A stretch of 64,000 bases of DNA from an uncultured Actinomycetes bacterium. Its GTDB lineage: Bacteria > Actinomycetota > Acidimicrobiia > IMCC26256 > PALSA-610. Made by a program: the position numbers and the translations under genes. Below are positions 50,501 to 60,681 of this stretch, piece after piece. The notes below the pieces were generated by a model. That model saw only the letters and a program-made list of their open reading frames with translations. It ran no database searches and was not told the origin of the DNA. Position 1 is the first letter of the stretch, and each line of letters opens with the position of its first letter. Location: NCBI GenBank assembly GCA_963814995.1, contig CAWFFF010000001.1, positions 21,354 to 85,353 on the forward strand. The letters run 5' to 3'.

Positions 50501-51930
50501 CTAGCCGGGCGGCGCCAACTCGCGGCGCAGCAGCTTGCCGACCTCGCTGCGGGGCAGCGCGTCGACGCGGTGGAACGCGACCGGGACCTTGTACGGCGCG
50601 AGATGCGCCCGGCACATGGCGACGAGCTCGTCGTCGTCGACGGTTCCCGTCGTGACGACGTAGGCGACCGGCACCTCCCCGAGGCGCTCGTCCGGAGCGC
50701 CGGCGACCGCGGCGTCGACGACATTCGGGACCAGGCGGAGCACCTCCTCGACGTGCTCCGGGAAGACCTTGTTGCCGCCGCGGTTGATGACGTCGCCCGC
50801 GCGCCCCTCGATCCAGACGAACCCGTCGGCGTCGACGCGGGCGAGATCGCCGGTGTCGACGAAGCCGTCGGCGTCGAGGCGTTCGGCCGCGATCCCGACC
50901 GCGGTCGACGGCGGCCGGACGAGCAGGCGCCCGATCGCGTCCGAGTCCCGACCGCTCGCCTCCGTTGCCGTGGTTCCCTCCTCCGGCGGCGCGATCCTGA
51001 TCGACACGCCGGGATGCGGGCGGCCGACCGCGCCCAACTTCTCGGGGTGCTCCTTGGCGTCGGCGGCCGTCCAGCCGATGACCTCGCCGATCTCGGCCTG
51101 GCCGTAGCCGTTGAGGACGACGACGCCGAACTTCTCCGCGAAGCGCCGCGCCTGCAGCGGCGAGAGCGGAGCGGTGATGCTGCGTACGTACCGTAGGGGC
51201 GCGAGGTCGTCGACGTCGGCCGCGTCCGACAGCATCGCCATCGCCGCGGGCGGGAGGACCGTCGAACGGATCGAGAACCGGGCGACGAGCGTCGGCGAAC
51301 TCGCGGGGATCGAAGCCGTCCATCACCACGATCTCGGCGCCCGCGCGCAGGCCGAACAACGTGTTGTAGATACCTGCGTTCAACGCGAGCGAGACCGGGA
51401 CGAGGTTCGGCGTGGGCCGGCGCGCCGAATGTTCGCCCGCGCCGCCCCGCAATGGACCGAGCACGCGGTCGAGCAACTCGAGGTAGTTGGTGTGCGTGTG
51501 CAGGACCGGCTTGGGTGCGCCCGTCGTCCCCGACGTCCAGGTCACGAACGCGACATCGGCCTCGTACTCGTGGCGGGGATTCCCCGGACGATTCCCCGAC
51601 AGGGATTCGATGCCGTCGACCGTGAGCAGGGCGACGGGGCCGGTCGCGTCGAGGAAGTGACGCCGCTCGTTCTCCGGTGAACGCGGAATTCACCGGGACG
51701 AACACCGCGCCCGCCAGCCAGACCCCGAACATCGCCGTGATGGCGCCCGGCCCGTTCGGGAGCTGTACCGCCACGGCCTGACCGGGTCCGACGCCCGCCG
51801 CCCGCAGCGAGTCCGCGACGGCGCGCGCCTCGGCCCGGGCCTCGCCCGCCGACATCGAGTCGTGTCCGCCGTGGAGCAGCGGCTCGGTGTCCGAGAAGGG
51901 GTGCTCGACCAGCAACGCCGCGAGGTTCAC
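50501..51930 (-). CDS. AMP-binding acyl-CoA synthetase family protein; several apparent frameshifts
   Basis: TSGTTGAPK, NGYGQAE, TGDL, GRAGDVINRGG, LAPYKVP, VGKLLRR. Confidence 0.88.
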
Positions 51931-52168
51931 GATCCTGACCTGGCCTTTCTCGCCCCTGCCGCCGCCCCGTACCGCAGCCCGGCCCGGTCGGCGCCAACGC
52001 CCCTGTCCGGGTTCACGCGCCCCGACCGCCTAGGCTGTCAGGGCAGCTGCGTGGGCGATCTCGGCCTCGGACCGCCATTCTTCCACGATCGGCTGACGAC
52101 ACTTTCAATCATCTTGCGAGCGCGCGCCGGCAGGCCCTGCGCTCTCGCCGCCAGATGAGGAGACAATC

Positions 52169-52441
52169 ATGGCAACTCGGCGCACGACTTCGAACAAACG
52201 AGAACGCGAGCGTTCCAAGCAGGCGAAGGCCGCGGCGAAGCGCGAACGCCGGCTCGACAAGTCCCCCGACGAAGAGACCGAGACGATCGAGTTCGACGAG
52301 AACTCCGCAACCACCGAGCAGCTGATCGAGCGCATCGCCGCGATGCACGAGCAGTACGACGCCGGACAGCTCACGTTCGAGGCGTTCGACGAGGAGAAGT
52401 CCGAGCTGATGGAGCTTCTCACCGCGCGACTCTCGGAGTAG
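52169..52441 (+). CDS. Small hypothetical protein with basic N-terminus and acidic C-terminus
   Basis: GAGGAG RBS; KRERERSKQAKAAAKRERR. Confidence 0.7.
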   Translation: MATRRTTSNKRERERSKQAKAAAKRERRLDKSPDEETETIEFDENSATTEQLIERIAAMHEQYDAGQLTFEAFDEEKSELMELLTARLSE

Positions 52442-52505
52442 CGCCCGCCCCGAATAGGCTCGGCCCGGCACACCCTGTCAGCACCCATCGCGTCAAGGAG
52501 CCGGC

Positions 52506-53435
52506 GTGAACCCACCGGTAGCCGATCCAGGGGTGCACCCCCCTGCGCCCGCCGTCGCCGTGCCCGCCGTCGCCATGAGGCGCGGCCCCGACGACAAGCT
52601 CAACGTCCGCTCGTCGCTCGCGTTCTTCGCGCTGCACCTGCTTCCCTTCCTCGCGATCTTCACCGGTGTCACGCGTACCGCGCTGATCCTCGCGTTCGTG
52701 ACGTTCACGGTGCGGATGTTCTGCATCACCGCGGGCTACCACCGCTACTTCTCGCACAAGGCGTTCCGGCTCAACCGGGTGTCGCAGTTCGTGCTCGCGT
52801 TCGGCGGCACGATGGCGTCGCAGAAGGGTCCGCTGTGGTGGGCGGCCCATCACCGCAACCATCACCGATTCTCCGACACCGAACGCGACGTGCACTCGCC
52901 CAAGCGCGGTTTCTGGTGGAGCCACGTCGGCTGGATCCTGTGCGACAAGTACAACGTCGCCGACCGCAGCCAGATCCGCGACTTCGCCAAGTACCCCGAA
53001 CTGCGCTTCATCGACAAGCACGACTGGATCGGGCCGTGGACGCTCGGCGTGATCTGTTTCGTCATCGGCGGCTGGAGCGGCCTGCTCATCGGGTTCTTCG
53101 CCTCGACGGTGCTCCTGTGGCACGTCACCTTCACCGTGAACTCGGTCGCGCACGTCATGGGTCGGCGGGCGTACGACACGACCGACACCAGTCGCAACAC
53201 CCTGCTGGTCGCGCTCGCGACCGGAGGCGAGGGCTGGCACAACAACCATCACCGCTACCCGTGGGCCGCGCGCCAGGGCTTCCGGTGGTGGCAGATCGAC
53301 ATGACGTACTACGTGCTGCGCGGCCTCAGCTGGGTCGGCATCGTCTCCGACCTACGACCCGTGCCGCCCGCGATCATCGACGAAGCGCGCGTCGCCAAGG
53401 CTCGACGTCGAGCTTCGGGTACTTCTCGCTCGTAG
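52506..53435 (+). CDS. Acyl-CoA (delta-9) fatty acid desaturase
   Basis: His boxes GYHRYFSH, HHRNHH, GEGWHNNHH; AGGAG RBS. Confidence 0.93.
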   Translation: MNPPVADPGVHPPAPAVAVPAVAMRRGPDDKLNVRSSLAFFALHLLPFLAIFTGVTRTALILAFVTFTVRMFCITAGYHRYFSHKAFRLNRVSQFVLAFGGTMASQKGPLWWAAHHRNHHRFSDTERDVHSPKRGFWWSHVGWILCDKYNVADRSQIRDFAKYPELRFIDKHDWIGPWTLGVICFVIGGWSGLLIGFFASTVLLWHVTFTVNSVAHVMGRRAYDTTDTSRNTLLVALATGGEGWHNNHHRYPWAARQGFRWWQIDMTYYVLRGLSWVGIVSDLRPVPPAIIDEARVAKARRRASGTSRS

Positions 53436-54327
53436 CGTCGACGAGCTCGGGCGTCCACACCGGATGGCCGGGAGGCGGGAACCCGAGCAACTCCAGATCG
53501 CGCGGCGTCGACATCTCGACGAACTGCACCCATGCCGGGTGGGTCGCGTTCGACTGCGCGGTGTGGTATCCGATCCAGTCGTTGCCCGCGACCTTGTAGC
53601 TCACGTTCAACAGGTAGCGATGGCTCCCCGGTCGCTTCAGATCGGTTCCCCGGTGGAAGACGTCGGGGCGGTACACGAGGAGCGAGCCGCGGACACCGAT
53701 CGCGGAACGTTCGGCCGCGTAGAGATCCGGGTCGCGGTCGGGCATGAAGATGCGCTCCGTCGAGCGACCGACCGAATCGCCGCGCCGCACGAGTGACGTC
53801 GGCGCGTTCCCCTCGTCGACGTCGGTGAGATAGAGGAACGACTCGACGTGCCACCACGGCGGCTCCATGCGCGGCGGCAGCCACGAGTGGTTGCGATCGG
53901 TGTGCATCGGCTGCTCGAAGTTCGCGTCACCGGCGTATTTCGCGTTGACCTGGTTCTGGTACACCCGCAGGTCGGTGTGCTCGAGCGCGCGTTCCATGAA
54001 GTCGACGATCGCCGGGTGGACGCAGAGGCGGCTCAGCGCGCCGCTGCCGTAGTACGGGAATTGCTTGGAGAACCGGTGCTGCTCCGGACGGAACGCCGGG
54101 CCGGCCGCCGGCATGTCGGGGTACCCGCGCCGCAGTTCGGCGGTGCTCCGTCCGGGCGGCCGGTGCGCCTCGGGATCCGCGTGGAACGCGTCCGGCGCGG
54201 GAAAGCAGTAGCGCAGATCCGCGACCGCGGCGTCGATGTCGTCGGTGGCGACGAGGCCCTCGAGCAATACCCAGCCGTCGTGCTTCCAGGCCGCGACCTC
54301 GTCGTCGCGTGCGAACCGCCCTGCCAT
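53374..54327 (-). CDS. Phytanoyl-CoA dioxygenase (PhyH) family 2OG-Fe(II) oxygenase
   Basis: WKHDGWVLLEG, MHTD, YLTDVDEGNAP, FHRG. Confidence 0.82.
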   Translation of the reverse strand: MAGRFARDDEVAAWKHDGWVLLEGLVATDDIDAAVADLRYCFPAPDAFHADPEAHRPPGRSTAELRRGYPDMPAAGPAFRPEQHRFSKQFPYYGSGALSRLCVHPAIVDFMERALEHTDLRVYQNQVNAKYAGDANFEQPMHTDRNHSWLPPRMEPPWWHVESFLYLTDVDEGNAPTSLVRRGDSVGRSTERIFMPDRDPDLYAAERSAIGVRGSLLVYRPDVFHRGTDLKRPGSHRYLLNVSYKVAGNDWIGYHTAQSNATHPAWVQFVEMSTPRDLELLGFPPPGHPVWTPELVDATSEKYPKLDVEPWRRALRR

Positions 54328-54394
54328 TGGTCGTCCCCCAGACACGCCACCACTGCGATGCGTACCTTGCCACGCCGCATTACCCTGCGACGCT

Positions 54395-54511
54395 ATGGCC
54401 GACAAGTCACCCAAGAAGTCGAACAGCAAGAAGCCCGGGAAGACGTTGAAGGAGAAGCGCGCCGACAAGCACGCCAAGCGCGACGAGAAGCGTCCCGGTC
54501 TCGGGAACTGA
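54395..54511 (+). CDS. Small Lys-rich hypothetical peptide
   Basis: MADKSPKKSNSKKPGKTLKEKRADKHAKR; coding-like codon bias. Confidence 0.6.
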   Translation: MADKSPKKSNSKKPGKTLKEKRADKHAKRDEKRPGLGN

Positions 54512-54586
54512 CGACCATCTTCCGGCGGTGACCGCGCCCCGTGAGATGCCGCGTTCGCGCGGACCCACGCGTGTACCGTCGAGCAG

Positions 54587-57247
54587 GTGCCGACCGGGAA
54601 ACTACGTAGCCGGCACACGGTGTTCTCCGCGATCACGCTGGCCGTGACCGGGATCGTCGCACCGCTCGCCACCTGGTCGGCCGGATCGGCCCTCGACCTC
54701 AAGGCGCAGACGATCACGTTCTTGCCGATCGCCGACCGCACGATGCGCGACGCCGCGCTGGTCGTCAGCGCGAGCGCGACGTCCGGACTCCCTGTCAGCT
54801 TCCACACGACGGGTGTGTGCGACGAGTCGGGCGTCAATCACCAGATCATCGCGCCGACCAGCCCCGGCCCGTGCACCGTCGTCGCGAGCCAATCCGGCGA
54901 CGACACCACCTGGGCGGCCGCGCCCGCGGTGACCCGGACCTTCAACGTGACGAAGGCGCCGCAGACCATCACGTTCGGCGCGCTTTCCGACGTCTCGCTC
55001 GGCATCGGCGACATCTTCGTGAGCGCGACGACCTCGACCGGATTCCCGGCCACGTTCACCGCCGCCCCCGGATCGGTGTGCACGGCGGGCGGGACGAACG
55101 GCGCCACGATCACGCTCGTGGGCGCGGGAACGTGCACCGTCAAGGCCGATCAGGCCGGCGGGCCACTCGACGCCCCCGCGCCGACGGTCTCGCGCAGCTT
55201 CGGCGTCACCAAGGCGTCGCAGGCCATCACGTTCGCCACGATCCCCGACCATTCCGTGCTCGACTCGCCCGTCACCGTGTCCGCGACCGCGTCGTCGCTA
55301 CTTCCCGTCTCGTTCGTGACCACGACCACGTCCGTGTGTACGGCCGCCGGTACGCAGATCACGTTGCTCACGTCGGGGACATGCTCGGTGCGCGCCGACC
55401 AGCTCGGGAACGCGAACTACGACGCGGCGCCGTCGATCACGCGGAGCTTCGACGCCACGCGCGCGCCGCAGACGATCACGTTCGGCGCGATCGCCAACCG
55501 CACGATGCAGCAGTCGCCGTTAACCGTCGCCGCGACCGCGTCGTCGAACCTCGCGGTGGCGTTCACCACGACGACGCCGTCGGTGTGCACCGCGAGCGGG
55601 ACCAACGGCGTCAGCATCACACTCGTCGGTGCGGGAACGTGCCGGGTGGAGGCGGACCAGGCCGGCAATGCCACCTTCGCGGCCGCCGACGCGGTGGTGC
55701 AGGCGTTCACGGTCACCAAGGTCGACCAGACGATCACCTTCGGCACCGTTCCCGACATCACGGTCGGCGCGTCCGTCACCGCGATCGCGACGGCGTCCTC
55801 CGGCCTCGTTGTGACCTTCACGTCCGTCACACCGTCGGCATGCACGGCGACGGGCACGAACGGCGCGACGATCACCCGACTCACGGCCGCGGCCTGCACG
55901 GTCGAGGCGAACCAGGCGGGAGACGCCACGTACGACGCCGCGCCACCGGCGACCCAGTCGCTCGGCGTCTCGAAGACGCCTCAGACGATCACGTTCGCGC
56001 CGCTCCCGAGCCTCCCGGTCGACCACGCGCCGATCATCGTCGCCGCGACCGCTTCGTCGAACCTCGCGGTGACGTTCACGACCACCACACCCGGCGTGTG
56101 CACCGCGGGCGGCGCCAACGGCACGACGATCACGTTGACCGCCGGCGGTACGTGCACGGTGCACGCCGACCAGCCCGGCGACGACCTGTACGCCGCCGCG
56201 CCGGTGGTCGGGCGCTCCTTCACCGTGACCAAGCTCGCGCAGACGATCACCTTCACCGCGCCCGCCGCAACGACGGTCGCGCACTCACCGGTCGTGGTCG
56301 TCGCGACCGCGTCGTCGCATCTCGCCGTCACGATCACCACGACCACGCCCTCGGTCTGCTCGGCGGGCGGACCGAACGGTGCGCGCATCACGCTGCTCGG
56401 CGGCGGCACGTGCACGGTGCGCGCCGCGCAGCCGGGCAACGCGAGATACGCGGCCGCGTCGGCCGTGATCCGGCAGTTCGCGGTGGACGGGCCCGTCGTC
56501 ACGACCTCGCAGTCCGGCTACTGGATGCTCGGCGCCGACGGTCACGTGTACGCGTTCGGCAGCGCCACCGACTTCGGCAGTGCGTCGGATCCGGTGGTTG
56601 CGCTCGCGGCCCGTCACGGCGGGTCCGGCTACTGGCTCGTCGACCGGTCCGGCACCGTGCACGCGTTCGGGAGCGCGACGTACCACGGCGGGCGCCCGGC
56701 GCTCCTCGCGGGCGAGAGCGTGTCGACGATCTCCGGCACCCCGAGCGGCAACGGCTACTGGCTCTTCACCACGCTCGGGCGCGCCTTCGCCTACGGCGAC
56801 GCCCACTTCTACGGCGACATGCGCGCGGTGCACCTGAACGGTCCCGTCGTCGCGTCGGTCGCGACCCCCACCGGGCACGGCTACTACATGGTCGGCTCCG
56901 ACGGCGGCGTGTTCAGCTTCGGCGACGCGCACTTCCACGGATCGATGGGCGGCGCGCACCTGAACCGCCCGATCGTCGGCCTGTCGCCCACGCCCGACAA
57001 CCGCGGCTACTGGCTCGTCGCCTCCGACGGCGGAGTGTTCGCGTTCGACGCTCCGTTCCGCGGCTCGCTCGGGCGGCTCGTGCTCAACCGGCCGGTCAAC
57101 GGGCTCGTCGCGTACGGGAACGGCTACCTGATGGTCGCGTCCGACGGCGGGGTCTTCACCTTCTCGAACAAACGCTTCGTCGGGAGTCTCGGCGCGCACC
57201 CGCCCGCGGCGCCGATCGTCGGCATCGCCACCAACGGCGCGCCGTAG
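54587..57247 (+). CDS. Secreted surface protein: seven Cys-paired Ig-like repeats plus C-terminal GYWLVASDGGVF repeat domain
   Basis: Seven Q[TA]ITF...SGL/NLxV.F...C...GTC.V.A.Q.G units; GYW...DGGVFSFGDA.F.GS repeats. Confidence 0.88.
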   Translation: MPTGKLRSRHTVFSAITLAVTGIVAPLATWSAGSALDLKAQTITFLPIADRTMRDAALVVSASATSGLPVSFHTTGVCDESGVNHQIIAPTSPGPCTVVASQSGDDTTWAAAPAVTRTFNVTKAPQTITFGALSDVSLGIGDIFVSATTSTGFPATFTAAPGSVCTAGGTNGATITLVGAGTCTVKADQAGGPLDAPAPTVSRSFGVTKASQAITFATIPDHSVLDSPVTVSATASSLLPVSFVTTTTSVCTAAGTQITLLTSGTCSVRADQLGNANYDAAPSITRSFDATRAPQTITFGAIANRTMQQSPLTVAATASSNLAVAFTTTTPSVCTASGTNGVSITLVGAGTCRVEADQAGNATFAAADAVVQAFTVTKVDQTITFGTVPDITVGASVTAIATASSGLVVTFTSVTPSACTATGTNGATITRLTAAACTVEANQAGDATYDAAPPATQSLGVSKTPQTITFAPLPSLPVDHAPIIVAATASSNLAVTFTTTTPGVCTAGGANGTTITLTAGGTCTVHADQPGDDLYAAAPVVGRSFTVTKLAQTITFTAPAATTVAHSPVVVVATASSHLAVTITTTTPSVCSAGGPNGARITLLGGGTCTVRAAQPGNARYAAASAVIRQFAVDGPVVTTSQSGYWMLGADGHVYAFGSATDFGSASDPVVALAARHGGSGYWLVDRSGTVHAFGSATYHGGRPALLAGESVSTISGTPSGNGYWLFTTLGRAFAYGDAHFYGDMRAVHLNGPVVASVATPTGHGYYMVGSDGGVFSFGDAHFHGSMGGAHLNRPIVGLSPTPDNRGYWLVASDGGVFAFDAPFRGSLGRLVLNRPVNGLVAYGNGYLMVASDGGVFTFSNKRFVGSLGAHPPAAPIVGIATNGAP

Positions 57248-57319
57248 GCGGCGGCGACGGGCTCGGCGGGCACTCGGTAGCGTGGCCCGGTCGCGTACGG
57301 CCGTCGAGGTGGGAACCGC

Positions 57320-58165
57320 ATGAGTGGGGAAGGCAGAGTCGCGCTGGTCACCGGCGCGAGCCGGGGCATCGGCAAGGCGATCGCGGTGCATCTGGCCCGC
57401 GCCGGCTTCGACGTCGCGATCTCGGCGCGCACCCTCCACGAGGGCGAGGCGCGCGAGCACTCGTCGACAGTCGCGCGTTCCGACGTCACGCCGCTTCCGG
57501 GCTCGCTCGAAGCGACGGCGGAGCTGATCGAGAAGGAAGGCCGCAACGCGCTCCCGGTCGTGATGGACCTCACCGACCGCACGACGCTCGCACCCGGTGT
57601 CGACACCGTGCTGGAGCAGTGGGGCCGCATCGACGTCCTGGTCAACAACGGCCGCTACATCGGGCCGGGACACATGGACCAGCTGCTCGACACGCCCGCG
57701 GAGTTGCTCGACCTGCACCTCGAGGCGAACGTGATGGCGCCGATCATCCTGACGAAGCTCGTCCTGCCGCAGATGCTGGAGCGGGGTGACGGGTACATCG
57801 TCGTGCTCACGTCGAGCGCCGGCGCGTCCGACCCGCCCGCACCGGCGGGGAGCGGCGGGTGGGGCCTCGGGTACGCGATGTCGAAGGGCGCGGTCCACCG
57901 GCTCGCGGGGATCGTGGCGGTCGAGCTCGGTGAGCGCGGCATCGTGGCGTTCAACCTGCACCCGGGCTTCGTGACGACGGAACGCATGCTCATCGACATG
58001 GCGCCGTTCGGCTTCGACGGAAGCACCGGCGCGCCGCCCGACGTGATCGGCGCCGCCGCCGCGTGGCTCGTCACCGCGCCCGAGGCGCGGGCGCTCAACG
58101 GCACGTGGATCGAGGGTCAGGAGCTCTGCGCGGAGCGGCACCTGCTTCCGGGATGGCCGGGATGA
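57320..58165 (+). CDS. Short-chain dehydrogenase/reductase
   Basis: VTGASRGIG, DVLVNNG, YAMSK. Confidence 0.92.
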   Translation: MSGEGRVALVTGASRGIGKAIAVHLARAGFDVAISARTLHEGEAREHSSTVARSDVTPLPGSLEATAELIEKEGRNALPVVMDLTDRTTLAPGVDTVLEQWGRIDVLVNNGRYIGPGHMDQLLDTPAELLDLHLEANVMAPIILTKLVLPQMLERGDGYIVVLTSSAGASDPPAPAGSGGWGLGYAMSKGAVHRLAGIVAVELGERGIVAFNLHPGFVTTERMLIDMAPFGFDGSTGAPPDVIGAAAAWLVTAPEARALNGTWIEGQELCAERHLLPGWPG

Positions 58166-58920
58166 AGACCACCGACGTCGTGCGCCCCGGCCTGCTCGAT
58201 CCCACGCAACTCGACGCGCTGCGGGCCTGGACCGACGAGGTCGAGGCGTGGCCGACGGGATCACACGTCTGGGGTCACTACGCCGAGCACACGGCGCGCG
58301 GTCCCCGCATCTGCCGGACCGAGAACGTGTCCGCGTGCCAGCCGGGCGTCGCGGCGCTGGTGGCCGGCGCGCTCGCCGACTGCGCGGCGGCCGCGCTCGG
58401 CGAGCCCGTCACCGCGTTCAAGGACAAGCTGAACTACAAACAGCCCGGCGGCGCCGGCTTCAGTCCGCACCAGGACAAGGTCGCGTACCCGGGCGCCAGG
58501 CGCGTGATGTCGATCCTCGTCGCGATCGACGACTGCAGCATCGAGTCGGGGTGCCTCTGGCTCGCGGGCGGCGTACGCGATGTGCTCCCGGTCGACGACC
58601 GCGGCGTGGTGCGCGCGGACGTGGCCCACGACCTCGACTGGTTCTCGGCCGAGCTCGTCGCCGGCGACGCGGTCTGCATCGACGGCCTGGCCCCGCACTA
58701 CAGCGAGGCGAACCGCGGCGACACGCCCCGGCGCGTCCTCGTTGCGAGCTACGCCCCGAGGAGTGAGGGCTACACCCGCGCGCACTACTACTCGCGTCGC
58801 CGCGATCGCATGCGTTCGGAGACCGAGCGCGACGGGCGCTTCCGCATCAGCACGCTCGCCGATTTCGAAGGCGCGGAGGTCGCGACGAACGCACCGCCCG
58901 ACCACTGCACGCACGCCTGA
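58162..58920 (+). CDS. Phytanoyl-CoA dioxygenase (PhyH) family protein
   Basis: FKDKLNYKQPGGAGFSPHQD, GCL, PHYS. Confidence 0.85.
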   Translation: MKTTDVVRPGLLDPTQLDALRAWTDEVEAWPTGSHVWGHYAEHTARGPRICRTENVSACQPGVAALVAGALADCAAAALGEPVTAFKDKLNYKQPGGAGFSPHQDKVAYPGARRVMSILVAIDDCSIESGCLWLAGGVRDVLPVDDRGVVRADVAHDLDWFSAELVAGDAVCIDGLAPHYSEANRGDTPRRVLVASYAPRSEGYTRAHYYSRRRDRMRSETERDGRFRISTLADFEGAEVATNAPPDHCTHA

Positions 58921-58945
58921 CCGCGCCCGAGGAGGCGCCACCTCG

Positions 58946-59830
58946 TCATTGACTCGTGGTCGGGTTCCAGTTCCGGAAGTAGTCGGGGTTGCGACGCGCC
59001 TTCATCGACGCATACCGGGCATCGAGGGGTTCGTCGCTGCTCGGGTTGATCCAGAACCGGTCGGCGAGCACGGCGTCGAGCACGCGCCCGGCAACCTCGT
59101 CGAGCGGCGTCACCGGCAATGGCGTTCCCGCGGCTTCCATCTGCTGTTCGAATTCCTCGAAGCTCGGATACGCCGTCGACCGCGGTGTGGTCTTGGCGTA
59201 CTCGTCGGGGCGCGTACGCCATGCCTCCCACAAGTTCGTTCGCAACCAGTTCGGTCCCGGATACAGCACCGAGCACGACAGCCTCGTCTGCTGTGTGTGG
59301 AGCTGGTAGTAGAGCAGCTCGGTGAGTGTGGTCACCGCGCTCTTCGACATCGCGTAGATCGCCGCGTCGCCCATCGGCGCGATACCGCCGTTCCCCGACG
59401 ACGTGTTCACGATGTGGCCTTCGTCGCCGCCGGCGATCATGCGGGGCACGAACGCCTTGATCCCCCATGCGACGCCGCACACGTTGACGTCGAGACACCA
59501 CCGCCAGTCGTTCTCCTCCGACTCCCACAGCATGGTCTGGCCGCCCGGCCCGATCCCCGCGTTGTTGCACACCACGTGCACCCCGCCGAATGTGCGCACG
59601 GTCTCGTCCGCGAGATGCTCGACCGACGCGAGCTTCGTGACGTCGGTGACGCACCCGGCGACATCGAGCCCGTCCGTGCGCAGGCCGGCCACCGCGTCGT
59701 CGAGCGGTCCGGGCTGGATGTCGGCGAGCATCACGTGCATCCCGTGCTCGGCGAAGTGCCGGCCCAGGGCGAGGCCGATGCCGTTCGCGCCGCCGGTGAC
59801 AACCGCGACCTTGCCGTCGACCGTCCGCAC
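58946..59830 (-). CDS. Short-chain dehydrogenase/reductase
   Basis: VVTGGANGIG, CNNAG, VNTSS, YAMSK. Confidence 0.92.
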   Translation of the reverse strand: MRTVDGKVAVVTGGANGIGLALGRHFAEHGMHVMLADIQPGPLDDAVAGLRTDGLDVAGCVTDVTKLASVEHLADETVRTFGGVHVVCNNAGIGPGGQTMLWESEENDWRWCLDVNVCGVAWGIKAFVPRMIAGGDEGHIVNTSSGNGGIAPMGDAAIYAMSKSAVTTLTELLYYQLHTQQTRLSCSVLYPGPNWLRTNLWEAWRTRPDEYAKTTPRSTAYPSFEEFEQQMEAAGTPLPVTPLDEVAGRVLDAVLADRFWINPSSDEPLDARYASMKARRNPDYFRNWNPTTSQ

Positions 59831-59898
59831 GATTGCCTCCCCTACCGGCGTCTGCCGCCGTCTACCGCTGTCGTGGAACCCGTGGAAGAATCCCGATC

Positions 59899-60681
59899 AT
59901 GACGATTCGATACGGCGCCCGTCCACCCGAACAGCAGCGCAACCGGGAGGTGGAGGCGACGTCGACGAAGATCTGGTCGACCGCGGTCACCGTCGTCTGG
60001 GAGACCGACCCCGACGCGATCCGGGCGGTCCTACCGCCGCCGCTCGAGCCGTCGGAGCCCTTGGCGCGGATCCGCTTCGCGACGGTGAACATGGGCACCG
60101 GGATCCCGATCTTCGGCGCCGGGTGGTTCGGCGTGCGCGCCCGGCACGGCAAGGTCGAAGGCGAGTACGCGCTGTTCATGCCGATGACCACCGAGCAGGC
60201 GACCGTCGGCGGGCGCGAGACCTACGGCGAGCCGAAGAAGATCGGTGGCGTCTCGATCGACGTCGACGGCGACCACGTGCACGCACGCTTCGACCGCATG
60301 GGCTTCCCGCTCGCCGTCGTCGACGGGACACTCGGCGAGTCGATCGACATCCCCGCCAAGGACAAGGTCGACTTCTACTTCAAGATCAGCCCGTCGCCCG
60401 ACGGCAAGGGCTTCGACACCGAACCGGCGCTCGTGCACGTCCGCCGGCACGAAGAGGCACGCGAGGGCCGCGCCCTCGACGCCACGCTGGTCCTGCACGA
60501 CTCGCCGATCGACCCGATCGCCGACATCCCCGTCGGCCGCATCGTGTCGATGCAGTACGCGCAGGTCGCGACCACCCAGGAGGGCGAGGTCGTGGAGCGG
60601 GTCCCCGCCGACTGGCTGCTCCCCTACGTGCACCAGCGCTACGACGACCTCTCGGTGCTGGGCACCAAGGACGACAAGTGA
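59899..60681 (+). CDS. Acetoacetate decarboxylase-like family protein
   Basis: WETDPDAIRAVLPPPLEP, GGRETYGEPKK. Confidence 0.88.
   Translation: MTIRYGARPPEQQRNREVEATSTKIWSTAVTVVWETDPDAIRAVLPPPLEPSEPLARIRFATVNMGTGIPIFGAGWFGVRARHGKVEGEYALFMPMTTEQATVGGRETYGEPKKIGGVSIDVDGDHVHARFDRMGFPLAVVDGTLGESIDIPAKDKVDFYFKISPSPDGKGFDTEPALVHVRRHEEAREGRALDATLVLHDSPIDPIADIPVGRIVSMQYAQVATTQEGEVVERVPADWLLPYVHQRYDDLSVLGTKDDK

Noticed and set aside
53374-53435. 62-bp convergent overlap of the desaturase and PhyH genes
   Set aside because: Short 3' overlaps are common in high-GC genomes and could come from an indel; no sign of function.
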